Source: an uncultured Candidatus Binatia bacterium (lineage in GTDB: Bacteria > Desulfobacterota > Binatia > Bin18). From it: a stretch of 64,000 nt of DNA. Shown in pieces: positions 51,138 through 62,165 of the stretch (position 1 is the stretch's first letter; every line of letters begins with the position of its first letter). The stretch is taken from positions 1,024,001 to 1,088,000 of the forward strand of contig OZ243961.1 of the NCBI GenBank assembly GCA_965214605.1, given 5' to 3'. Below the pieces are notes generated by a model. That model searched no databases, was not told the DNA's origin, and saw nothing but the letters and a program-made list of their open reading frames with translations. Made by a program: the position numbers and the translations under genes.

Positions 51138-52511
51138 TTACTTCCCCAAACAGTGGCGAAGCGCGCCTTCTAGCTGAGGATGACGAAAGGTATAGCCGCT
51201 GGCCAGCAGCCGGGCAGGTTCTACCCGTGTACTGGCCAACAGCAACGTGTCGGCCATCTCGCCGAGGACCAGGCGGGCCGCAAATCCCGGCAGTGGAACA
51301 AACGTCGGACGGTTCAGGACTCTCCCTAAGATTTTGGTAAATTCTCGGTTGGTGACGGGCTGTGGAGCCACCGCATTGACCGCTCCCTCAAGCATATCGC
51401 TTATCAACGCATGATGAATCGCACCGACCGCGTCATCCAGACCGATCCAGCTCCAGTACTGCTCGCCGCCGCCGACCACGCCACCCGCCCCCAGCCTAAA
51501 CGGCAGCAACATCCTGGCCAGCGCGCCACCGGCCGGGCTCAGCACGACCCCGATACGCAACAGCACAGTGCGGATGCCGGCGTCCCGGGCCGGCTGGCTT
51601 GCCGCTTCCCAAGCCTCACATACCTCGGCTAAAAACCCGCTCCCGACCGGACTGTCCTCCGACATCAGCTCGTCCCCCCGGTTACCATAAAATCCAATGG
51701 CCGAGGCACACACCAAGACCTTGGGTGGTCGAGAGAGTTGGGCCAGGGTTTCACTCAGCAGTCGTGTTGAGTCGACTCGACTGTCCCGAATACGGGCCTT
51801 TTGCCCGGCACTCCACCGCTTGGCAGCAATGTTCTCCCCGGCCAGGTGAACTACCCCGTCGAGCCCTTCCAGACCGTCCGCTTCCAAACGTCCTGCCTGA
51901 GGGTGCCACTCGATTTCATCGGCCCCAACAGTGGCAGTCGAGCGAACTATACGGGTCAGACGGTGTCCTCCACCGGCCAGAAAGGACAGCAGCGCCGAGC
52001 CGAGCAGTCCACTGGTCCCGGTCACAGCAATATGCATCGGTGATCCTCCTTGTACGGCGGCGTGGGCAACCACATCCTGCCGGGTCATGGTATGCCGATA
52101 GGTGAACAGGCGGTCAAGAGTACGACGGGTGAACGCTCCGCCACATATTGCGCCGAGCAGCCCTAGGGGCAGGGCGTAGTCAATCCGATCCTCAAGATAG
52201 CAGGCGGCGTCTCCGTCCGGTTCGACCCGATGCACATGATCCCAGCGTGCAAACGGACCACTCACCTGGCAATCGCGGAACTGTCGACCGGGTTCATAAT
52301 CCCGATGTTCGGCAATCCACGTCCGCGAAACAGGACCAACACGCAAGCGCAGGACAACTCGAGCTCCGCTTTCAATACCCCCATTCCGCTCTACAATCCT
52401 GACCGGCTGCCAGGGGGGGATCAGGCGTTCAAAAGCCCCCGAACGCGAGTGCCAGTCGAAGACCATCTCGGCCGGAGCTGGAATACGGGAACGACGGGTA
52501 AAGATCGGCAT
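51138..52511 (-). CDS. SRPBCC domain fused to TIGR01777 (YfcH) NAD-dependent epimerase
   Basis: FDWHSRSGAFERL.PPW, GPFARW.H.H; then VTGTSGLLG, HLAGENI, SAIGFYG, GFLAEVC..WE. Confidence 0.9.
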   Translation of the reverse strand: MPIFTRRSRIPAPAEMVFDWHSRSGAFERLIPPWQPVRIVERNGGIESGARVVLRLRVGPVSRTWIAEHRDYEPGRQFRDCQVSGPFARWDHVHRVEPDGDAACYLEDRIDYALPLGLLGAICGGAFTRRTLDRLFTYRHTMTRQDVVAHAAVQGGSPMHIAVTGTSGLLGSALLSFLAGGGHRLTRIVRSTATVGADEIEWHPQAGRLEADGLEGLDGVVHLAGENIAAKRWSAGQKARIRDSRVDSTRLLSETLAQLSRPPKVLVCASAIGFYGNRGDELMSEDSPVGSGFLAEVCEAWEAASQPARDAGIRTVLLRIGVVLSPAGGALARMLLPFRLGAGGVVGGGEQYWSWIGLDDAVGAIHHALISDMLEGAVNAVAPQPVTNREFTKILGRVLNRPTFVPLPGFAARLVLGEMADTLLLASTRVEPARLLASGYTFRHPQLEGALRHCLGK

Positions 52512-52527
52512 GGCTGGGGGAGAGGGG

Positions 52528-53714
52528 CTATGGGGATCGCACCCGGCTTGACCCGTCGTGATCGGGAGGGGAGTGATAGCCGGTCAGTTCGACGTAGCCG
52601 TGGCCACGCAACGGTCGGCCTTTCGCCTGTCCGCGAACCGCCACGGCCCCCTCCCAATAGCGGATGGACAGCGGCAATTCTTGGTCTGCCACGTATGGCC
52701 GCAGCTCGAACACGAGACGCTCGGCCGGAATCTGGAACTGCCAGCCGGCCGGATAGCGGCCTCCACTGTGTGGACTGCGCCAGTACGCGTCCACATCAAT
52801 ACGAACGTCGGCCTGTCCCAGTCTCAGGGTCTCACCATTGGGACGGACCAGGGTTCCACTGCTGAATCCGTCGGGCTGGCCATCGGTCCGTCGGAGCCGA
52901 AAAAACATGAGATCGCTACCGTCGGACAGCTGGAGCCCGAACCAATCCCAGCCACGGTACTCTTTTCCCAACACGCTGGTGCTCCACTCGCGGTCCATCC
53001 AGCTTGTACCGCTGACCTGAAATATCTCGTCGGCGATATGAATCGTTCCCTGGGTCGGCATCCGGGTCAGCGAGTAGTAGTACGACGCGTTGCCTACCTC
53101 AGGGCCCTTCTGGCTCAACCCCCGGTCTCCGTGCAGGACAATCGGTTTTGCGCTGCGAAGTTGCAGCTCAAGGCCAATCTCACCCTGCCCGGCCCGCAAG
53201 CGTATCGGCAGACCATCCGAATTTTGGGTCCGGGCCGACCAGTCTTCGACCCATACCTGAAACGGCTGGGCCCGAGCACCGGCCAGTCCCAGTGAGGCAC
53301 GGCTAAAACGCTCGAAGGCGTAAAACGCTCCGTTTCCACGTCGGTCAGCGCTAGGTGGGCCATATAGACCTGAGCCGTTGCCCAGGCAGACTCACGCGCC
53401 GCGACCTGAGCGGCTAGAGCAGACCGAAAAAAGGTCAGCTGGAAACCAAAATGACGGCCGGCCGCGGTCTGCACATTGCCGGTGTAATACCACCACTCGC
53501 TTCGATACTCAGGATGCGGTCCGTGATCACGCGGAAACGACAAAATGGGCGGCGTGACGGCCCGGGCAAAACCGGTCGTGTCACCCCCCAGCACTTGGCC
53601 CACCGACAGGATGGCCTGGATCGTCTCCGGCTGGCGTTGCGGACTGAGGATATACACGCCGCCTAGCAGCACGCCCAGCAGCGCTAGGCTGACACTTATA
53701 AGACCCCGAAACAT
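52528..53714 (-). pseudogene. AttH-like lipocalin-domain / carotenoid-hydratase-like protein with a 1-nt frameshift
   Basis: FPRDHGPHPEYRSEWWYYTGN and FGFQLTFFR in the 5' ORF; SYYYS, WMDREWS, GWDWF, YWEG, GYVELTGY in the 3' ORF; the two frames join at the A4 run at 53322-53325. Confidence 0.8.
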
Positions 53715-53846
53715 AGCCGTTCCCCTTCGAGTTACACTCCTACGTTTGTAGCATTGATACGGGAAACCAGACACTTGACTTTCTCATATTTTTTCGTCGT
53801 TATGATTGCCCCACACTAACAAACATGAGGACGGTGTGGAGAGCGT

Positions 53847-54385
53847 ATGTCTGAATCCTTCCCTGCCCCTCTTAATCAATGGGTGCCTGAACAATGTCAG
53901 CATAGGCCGCGCTCACGCATGCCTCTATATCATAGGCAAGAACTCCCGCGCGGGCCGAGCCATCTCCGAGCCTGGGGTGCTCAAGCCGGCCGGACTGGTA
54001 CACGCTGTTCACAGATACGAGGCAATGCACCGGCCTGTTTCTACTATGAGACCTGACTACGCGCGTTTCCCGAGGTCAAAGTTGCCCTGACCGTGCGTCG
54101 ATCCCGAGCGCTCGTGTCGGAAGGGGATGCCTCTGACCAGACGACAGCGTGTCTGCGTCCGCTGCGCTATTTCATTCCTACGCTCGACCTGCTCCTCCGT
54201 CTTGTTAACAGCTACGCAGCCCGCAGGACAAAGTTCGCCTGATCCAATGAGCATAACGCTCCCGTGCAACACCGTGTGTTCCAAGAGCATCTGCTGGTCT
54301 TCTGAGTGCAAGCCGGGCTGGGGGGTCGCTGTGCACATTTCCGGGCCGTGCGGTTCTCAAGCGTCCCTTTCCGTATCTGGAGGAG
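53847..54385 (+). pseudogene. Decayed sulfotransferase family (Sulfotransfer_4-like) gene
   Basis: Fragments in shifting frames: PLYH.QE..GPSHL.AW / PDWYTLF / APACFYYE / FPEVKVALTVR / DPE / HN..V......EHLLVF / WGSLCTF.G..V..PFPYL. Confidence 0.7.
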
Positions 54386-54585
54386 GGCGATGCCCTCCTG
54401 TGACACAGATTCAGACAGGTCTTCCTTCAAATAGGAATAGATTGGATATTTTTTGCCGGGCACGATTGACTTCCTTTATCTGCCTGTTACATAGAGACCG
54501 ACCCGAGACCAAGGTGCTTACATGGCTCATATAGGTCTGCTACGTAAGAGGCAAGAATCGGGTGAGGAAGAGGGAGAAGAGCACT

Positions 54586-55530
54586 GTGAAGCGCATTCCG
54601 TTTGTGACAACTTTTCTGAACTATATTGATGCTGAGGCCCGGTCGGAAACCTTCTCGTCCGAGGGTGATCAGCGGCGCCCCGACTGGTTTCGTATTTCCC
54701 CCTATATTGCCATCCACCTGATGTGCTTAGGTGTGATCTGGGTAGGCTGGAGTTGGACAGCTCTAGGGGTGGCCGGCTTCTTGTACGTCTTGCGGACGTT
54801 TGCGATTACCGGCTTTTATCATCGTTATTTTTCACATCGGGCATTTAAAACCTCGCGCTGGTTTCAGTTTCTGTTCGGAGTGATCGGGACGGCCGCCATT
54901 CAGCGTGGTCCCCTGTGGTGGGCCGCCCATCACCGCCACCATCACGCCCATTCCGACCAACCGGACGATGCCCACTCGCCCGTTCAACACGGCTTTTTGT
55001 GGAGTCATATGGGCTGGTTTACCGCGCCGGTCAACTTTCCCACTAAATTCAAACTCATTCCCGATTTTGCCAAGTTCCCCGAGCTGCGCTTTCTGGATCG
55101 TTTCGACCTAGTCGTGTCTTTTCTGATAGGCGCGGCGGTCTTTTTCCTGGGTGTCTTCCTCCCTGCCGAACTGAATACCAGCGGCATGCAAATGCTGATC
55201 TGGTTCTTTATTTCGACCGTCGCCCTGTACCACATTACCTACACGATTAACTCAGTCGCCCATGTTGTCGGCACCCGTCGTTACCAGACCCCTGATGCCA
55301 GTCGCAACAATTTCCTTCTGGCGCTGCTCACCTTTGGCGAAGGCTGGCATAACAACCACCACTACTATCCCAACACTGCCCGGCAGGGATTCTATTGGTG
55401 GGAAATTGATCTCACCTACTACATCATTGTGATGCTGTCGTGGGTCGGCCTGGTGTGGGATGTCAAGTCCGTACCAGCAGAAATCCGTGATCCCAAGCCG
55501 GGGAAAGTCGCCGATATTACCGCCTTATGA
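54586..55530 (+). CDS. Acyl-CoA (delta-9 type) fatty acid desaturase
   Basis: His boxes HRYFSH, HRHHH, GEGWHNNHH; INSVAH; WWEID. Confidence 0.93.
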   Translation: MKRIPFVTTFLNYIDAEARSETFSSEGDQRRPDWFRISPYIAIHLMCLGVIWVGWSWTALGVAGFLYVLRTFAITGFYHRYFSHRAFKTSRWFQFLFGVIGTAAIQRGPLWWAAHHRHHHAHSDQPDDAHSPVQHGFLWSHMGWFTAPVNFPTKFKLIPDFAKFPELRFLDRFDLVVSFLIGAAVFFLGVFLPAELNTSGMQMLIWFFISTVALYHITYTINSVAHVVGTRRYQTPDASRNNFLLALLTFGEGWHNNHHYYPNTARQGFYWWEIDLTYYIIVMLSWVGLVWDVKSVPAEIRDPKPGKVADITAL

Positions 55531-55539
55531 AGATTACTA

Positions 55540-56673
55540 TCAATCCAGCTCAATCCGGTACAAGCGAGCGGCGTTCTCAGCCACGATCTTGCGGGTGATG
55601 TGTTCCGGTACGCCAACAAAGTCTCGGGCAATGACACGGCGTGAGTTGGGCCAAGTAGTATCGGTGTGCGGAAAATCTGAGGCCCACATAAAGTTATCCG
55701 CACCAAAGAAGCGATAGTTAGTCGGACCGATCGGGTCGTCCTGAAAGGTAGCCCAAATCTGGCGGCGGGCATAGTCGCTGGGCTTCATCGACAAGGGCCG
55801 TTGGACCATCGCGCCAAATTTCTCATGGGCATGGTCCAGACGGTGAACGTAATGGGCAAACCAACCCACATCGCTTTCGGCCGAGACAATCTTGAGGCCC
55901 GGGAAACGCTCCAACACCCCACCTAGGATAAAGGCACTGAGTGACTTTTGGACCTCGTTGAAGAGATGCACGAAGCGTAGCGCGGTGTGATTAACGGACC
56001 CGCTCGAACCGGCGTTCATCACCACGCGGTCATGGGTATTACGGCTCGTCACTACATGGAGTGAAATCGGTAGCCCGAGCTCCTGTGCCACGGCCCAAAA
56101 CGGATCGTACAGCGGACTATAATACGGCCGGTCAGCTGGCGGAGCGCCCCAGATCATCCCACCCTTAAGGTCCAACTTGGCGGCGCGTTGGAGTTCTGTG
56201 ACGGCAGCCGGAATTTCTTCAAGGGAGATCAGGGCAACCGGATGGAGGCGTTTGGGATTATGGGAACGAAACTCGGCCACCCAGTCATTGTAGACTCGAA
56301 AGCACGCTTGCTGGAGCGCAACATCGGTGAGCTGAAACAAGGCTAAACCCAGGGTGGTGTAGATCACCTCGGCCTCGACTCCGTCGATATCCTGATCCTT
56401 GAGCCGCTCGACCGGGTCCCAGCCGCTTGGACGAGCCGCTTCGTACCCACGCTTTAGATGCGCTTTGAGTGCTTCGCCGCTCCGGCCGGCTGAAAATCCG
56501 CCAGCTACCGGAAACGGGGTGATCCCGGGTGCGATGAAAAAATGACCGGGTTTGTCTGGATGGTGAACAACCCGTGGGGCCCGATCCTGAAACCGCTTAT
56601 CTAGCCGACCGGTCCAGAGGTCGGGTGGTTCGGTCATATGTGAGTCAGCCGAGATAACATGCAGCTTGTCCAT
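55540..56673 (-). CDS. Amidohydrolase_2 family protein
   Basis: ISADSHMTEP, YNDW, LPISLH, ERFPGLKIV.AE...GW, WASDFPH. Confidence 0.9.
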   Translation of the reverse strand: MDKLHVISADSHMTEPPDLWTGRLDKRFQDRAPRVVHHPDKPGHFFIAPGITPFPVAGGFSAGRSGEALKAHLKRGYEAARPSGWDPVERLKDQDIDGVEAEVIYTTLGLALFQLTDVALQQACFRVYNDWVAEFRSHNPKRLHPVALISLEEIPAAVTELQRAAKLDLKGGMIWGAPPADRPYYSPLYDPFWAVAQELGLPISLHVVTSRNTHDRVVMNAGSSGSVNHTALRFVHLFNEVQKSLSAFILGGVLERFPGLKIVSAESDVGWFAHYVHRLDHAHEKFGAMVQRPLSMKPSDYARRQIWATFQDDPIGPTNYRFFGADNFMWASDFPHTDTTWPNSRRVIARDFVGVPEHITRKIVAENAARLYRIELD

Positions 56674-56845
56674 GAAGCCTGCTCCTTTGGAGGCGCCTTG
56701 CTAACACACGCGTACCGTTCGGATCCCTACCTGTCAATGTATGGCGGACCGCTGAAACGGAACGCCCGGCTGGAACCGCCTTGGGGTTTGTGGTCAGGTC
56801 GGCTATAGTCATCTTAATCAGTGAATTTACACAGGTGAGGCACGC

Positions 56846-58156
56846 ATGACATCGCCGCCCTCCTCCTCTCTTCCGACCCTCCAGGAAGATCCCCGCTACT
56901 CATACTCCTCTCCCCAACAGGGTCTCCGGCACGAATCGGACCAGAACCGACTGATTTTCGGCGATAATCTACCGGTCCTACAGGCGCTGCTGCCCGAGTT
57001 TACCGAGACCGTCAAATGCGTCTACATTGACCCTCCCTATACTCCTGCCAGCAGCGTCTCCAACGCCCACATAGGGCATACGCGGTGGCTGGACTTTATG
57101 AGGCCGCGTCTCAGCCTGCTCCATGTGCTGTTGCGCAGCGACGGTCTGCTAGCGGTACAGATTGATGATAACGAATTTGCCCGCCTATACCTACTGATGG
57201 CCGAACTGTTTGAGGAACGCAACCTCAAGGTCGTGTGCGTAAAAATGGCTGAACCAACCGGCGTAAAAATGGCCAACGTCCTCAAGTACGGCGGCCTGCC
57301 AAAACTCAAGGAGTATATTATCCTAGCCGGCAAGTCGGGGATCCGTGACTTACATCTCGAACGGGTCCGCAAGAGCGGTTGGGATCAAGAATATTGCCTA
57401 GTGCTCAGTCAGACGAGCTATACCGACGTGCAGCGCCTCAAAGCCATTATCGCTAACCCGGATCGCAGCCCGGCCGACGTCCAGCGGGCCGACGCTATTT
57501 GTGCCCAGTTTCGCTTTGAGCCGGCGGAAAATGTCTATCGGCGGGAAGCGCCAACCCGGACTAGCCAACAAGACTGGCGCTACCAGAATGCCTGGCGGAT
57601 CGTGCGGACCTGCGCTACAAGTGCGACGGCCAAGCGCTTGGCCGATGAACGCCGCCATAGTTTGCGCTGCGGCGCCTTCACAGTTGAGACGCCGCAGCGC
57701 AAACTGTACATGATCAAAGCCAACTACAATCCGACCCATGCCCAACCCCGTATGCGTCTCCTGTTTGCTGATGACTACCTGACCGTCCATCCAGGAGACT
57801 TCTGGTCCGATATTAAAACGACCGGTTTGGGTGATGAGGGCAACGTCGACTTTATTAACAGCAAAAAACCTGAAGCCCTCCTCAAGCGCATCATCGGTAT
57901 GGCGACTAGCCCGAACGAATGGGTGCTCGACGCCTTTGCCGGTTCGGGCACGACCGGGGCGGTGGCGCATAAAATGGGCCGGCGCTGGCTGCTGATTGAA
58001 AACGGCCCGCAGTGTCACTCGCACATTCTTCCCCGCCTGCGGCGGGTTATTGACGGAACCGATCAGACCGGTGTGTCAAAAGCGGTCCGCTGGCACGGTG
58101 GCGGCGGTTTTCGCTACTTCCATCTGAATGCGTCGTTCCCAGCTATGGAGGAATAA
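56846..58156 (+). CDS. Site-specific DNA methyltransferase (beta-class N6A/N4C, type III Mod-like)
   Basis: LIFGDNL, VYIDPPY (motif IV), QIDDNE, KPEALLKRII, VLDAFAGSGTTGAVAHKMGRRW (motif I), W.GGGGF. Confidence 0.9.
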   Translation: MTSPPSSSLPTLQEDPRYSYSSPQQGLRHESDQNRLIFGDNLPVLQALLPEFTETVKCVYIDPPYTPASSVSNAHIGHTRWLDFMRPRLSLLHVLLRSDGLLAVQIDDNEFARLYLLMAELFEERNLKVVCVKMAEPTGVKMANVLKYGGLPKLKEYIILAGKSGIRDLHLERVRKSGWDQEYCLVLSQTSYTDVQRLKAIIANPDRSPADVQRADAICAQFRFEPAENVYRREAPTRTSQQDWRYQNAWRIVRTCATSATAKRLADERRHSLRCGAFTVETPQRKLYMIKANYNPTHAQPRMRLLFADDYLTVHPGDFWSDIKTTGLGDEGNVDFINSKKPEALLKRIIGMATSPNEWVLDAFAGSGTTGAVAHKMGRRWLLIENGPQCHSHILPRLRRVIDGTDQTGVSKAVRWHGGGGFRYFHLNASFPAMEE

Positions 58157-58161
58157 GTAGC

Positions 58162-59658
58162 ATGCAAACAAAAATCACCGGGCGTTTGGTCGTCGTCTCA
58201 AACCGCACGCCAGATTTGACAAAGCCAAAGACTCCAGCCGAGACCCGCAAACAGGCGGCCGGTGGTTTAGTCAGTGCCCTGCGGCCTGCCCTGCTGGAAA
58301 CCGGCGGGATGTGGTTTGGCTGGAGCGGCAAAACCACCCGCCACCGAGAACACCATGTCTCCCAGAAACGCCAAATTGGTCCCGTCCAACTCATAACCGT
58401 GAATCTGTCAGAGGAAGAAGTCCACGATTTTTACGTCAGTTTTTGCAACCGGACTTTGTGGCCGCTGTTTCACAGTTTTCCGGCCCAGGTGCGGATCGTC
58501 AGCAGCGCATATCGCACCTATCGTCGTATCAACCGCTATTTTGCCGCTCATCTCGCCCCCCTGCTCAAACCAAACGATTTGGTCTGGGTGCACGACTATC
58601 ACCTCATCCCTCTGGGCATGGAGTTACGACGCCTGGGTTGGGAAGGACGCCTCGGATTTTTTCTGCACATTCCGTTTCCGCCGGTTGATATGTTGACCAT
58701 CTCACCCCATTCTCGCTCCTTGCTGGAAGACCTAGAAGCATATGACTTGGTTGGCTTTCATACCAAGCGCTACCGGAAAAACTGCGCCGATGCCCTCGAG
58801 TCAGAACTTGGTGGCAGATTTGACGGACGGCTCTATCACCACGACAGAGCCAGAGTTCAGCTCGGAGTATACGCGATTGGCACTGATCCCGACACTTTTG
58901 CCACCTGGGCCAAGAGCCCCGAGGCCAGCCGCCAGGCCAGCAAACTGCGTCAGATGGTTCGTGGCCGACGTATCTTGCTCGGTGTCGACCGACTTGACTA
59001 TACCAAGGGTATCTGTGAGCGGCTGCTGGCCTTTGACCGACTGCTCGAACGCCACCCGTCGTGGCGCGACCAAGTGTCCATGACTCAGATCTCAGCTCCG
59101 TCACGCACCCGGGTGCCGGAATATGCCGCCCAGAAACGCGAGGTTGATCGCCTAGTCGGAGAAATCAACGGACGCTACTCCGAGGACGACTGGATTCCGG
59201 TGAGGCATTTGTATCGGTCCTACACCCAAGAAGAGCTGGCCGCCTTTTACCGCGAAGCCGATGTATGTCTGGTCACGCCCCTGCGGGACGGTATGAACCT
59301 TGTCGCCAAGGAGTATATTGCGGCCCAGACCGACAGCCCAGGTGTACTCCTTCTGTCTCAATTCTGCGGCACGGCTGAAGACCTCACCGAAGCTCTTATT
59401 GTCAATCCGTACGATATTGACGGCACGACCTCGGCCCTCAACCGGGCCTTGAACATGGATTTAGCCGAACGGCGTGAGCGCTGGCAAGCCCTGAATAAAC
59501 GGGTACGCGAGCGTACAGCCCAAACCTGGCGGGACCGTTTTTTGGCCGATCTGGAAAAAAGAGACCCACCTGGGATCAAATCTACAGACTTGTCCGACGC
59601 TGGCGAACACGGCAAAGCAGGAGAGCAAGTAGCCTGTGCGCTTGAGCAGGAACAGTGA
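58162..59658 (+). CDS. otsA: Trehalose-6-phosphate synthase
   Basis: VVVSNR, GGL, WFGWSG, WVHDYHL, FFLHIPFP, GVDRLDYTKG, RDGMNLVAKE, VNPYD. Confidence 0.95.
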   Translation: MQTKITGRLVVVSNRTPDLTKPKTPAETRKQAAGGLVSALRPALLETGGMWFGWSGKTTRHREHHVSQKRQIGPVQLITVNLSEEEVHDFYVSFCNRTLWPLFHSFPAQVRIVSSAYRTYRRINRYFAAHLAPLLKPNDLVWVHDYHLIPLGMELRRLGWEGRLGFFLHIPFPPVDMLTISPHSRSLLEDLEAYDLVGFHTKRYRKNCADALESELGGRFDGRLYHHDRARVQLGVYAIGTDPDTFATWAKSPEASRQASKLRQMVRGRRILLGVDRLDYTKGICERLLAFDRLLERHPSWRDQVSMTQISAPSRTRVPEYAAQKREVDRLVGEINGRYSEDDWIPVRHLYRSYTQEELAAFYREADVCLVTPLRDGMNLVAKEYIAAQTDSPGVLLLSQFCGTAEDLTEALIVNPYDIDGTTSALNRALNMDLAERRERWQALNKRVRERTAQTWRDRFLADLEKRDPPGIKSTDLSDAGEHGKAGEQVACALEQEQ

Positions 59659-59834
59659 CGGTTGAAAGTCGATTCCACGGCAAAGTCACCAAAGACGGAA
59701 CAGGAACGGCAGTCGCGTCGGAGTACGGTTGGTTCCTTGCTCTCCGGGCACCAGGTCACGAACTTCTATCTGGAACACTGGATCTGTCACTGCTCTCTCA
59801 CGCAGAGAGGCGTGAAGCTCGTTCGTGGCCTCAT

Positions 59835-60040
59835 TCATAGCCCACCGATATTGCTCCGCCGATTGTCCGCCACCTCCGGGTGGCCACCATTGTCACCTAC
59901 GCAGAAGGTCACCGTACTCCGCCACTGACCAGCCGCTTGCAACACCGCTATCAGCCGCCCAATACTCTGGTCTAGGGACTCCACCATCGCTAGGTAGCGA
60001 CGCCGCTCGTCGGCCTTTCTATCGACCCTTCCCGGGCGCG
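59835..60040 (-). pseudogene. Arylsulfatase internal fragment
   Basis: RRRYLAMVESLDQSIGRLIAVLQAAGQWRSTVTFCVGDNGG matches the sulfatase YxAMVxxLDxxIG...DNG block; no N-terminus present. Confidence 0.7.
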
Positions 60041-60099
60041 CTGTCCGGCTTGTCCCTCTTGTCGGGTGCCTGAAGAGGACGGAGGCGGGCGCTGTCAGC

Positions 60100-61380
<1,281 letters not shown>

Positions 61381-61413
61381 CTCCCCCACCTTTCCAGCTC
61401 GCCCGCCCCCTGT

Positions 61414-61835
61414 CTAGCCCCTAGCATAACACTGTGGAAAGTCTCCTGGGCGAAAGCCAGCCCAGACCGCCATGCCACGCACCAGGCAATAGCGCTCCCA
61501 CATGGTGAGAAAAGCCTCCACCACCCTACGGTCCGTCAGGCGAAAGTCCCCCCTGTCAAGGGGGATGCATCGGTGAGGCGGGCCAGGAGCCGGTAGAACG
61601 CCTTGGAGGTCCAACGCTTGAAGGCCGTCTCCCCTCGCGGCTCACCCGCCCGCCAGAGGCGACGGCGCCGCCCTGTCGCCAATGACCTCAGGCGGGTCTT
61701 GGAGGTCGGCGTCGATGAGGACGACCGCATCGCCACTAGGTGTTCTAAGCCGGCGGTGGCGGCTAGCTGCTGGCCGAAATTCTGGGACAGGGCCAGGACA
61801 CGGACCCGCGAATCGGCCCGCTGGAGTCCCCGCAA
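61414..61835 (-). pseudogene. Decayed GtrB/ArnC-like GT2 glycosyltransferase
   Basis: Fragments in three frames: RVLALSQNFGQQLAATAGL / GDAVVLIDADLQDPPEVI / GETAFKRWTSKAFYRLL / GDFRLTDRRVVEA...RGM..WAGF. Confidence 0.8.
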
Positions 61836-61844
61836 TAGGTCCAG

Positions 61845-62130
61845 GGATGAGCAGCCCGCAGACCAAGCTCCCCAGGAGAAGGAACAGGTGGGTCAGCAGG
61901 TGGCGCATGAGGAAAATACTCCGGGAGGCCTCAAGATCCAGCCCTTGCTCAATCAGCAGCAACGGCAGCTCGGGGGCGACCCCGTATAGGCGTTGATGCC
62001 TCTCAAGCTCACCGTTGGGCTTACCCGGAATATAGTCCACAGTAGCACTGGCTATGCGACGTTGCGTAAACTCGTCAGTTGACACGCCATCGAGCCCCAA
62101 TACTGAGAACGGCGGGCACCGCTTTGCTAT
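61845..62130 (-). pseudogene. N-terminal fragment of a membrane (GT-C/GT39-like) protein gene
   Basis: GVSTDE..QR......DYI.G.....RLYGV..ELPL..IE.......IFLMRHLLTHLFLL, joined abruptly to the GtrB fragment. Confidence 0.45.
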
Positions 62131-62165
62131 AGCAAGCGTCCTTTCCCTCACTCTGTCAAAGCTCG

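Noticed and set aside
53775-53806. TTGACT...TATGAT sigma70-like promoter
   Set aside because: The 20-nt spacer is too long for a canonical promoter
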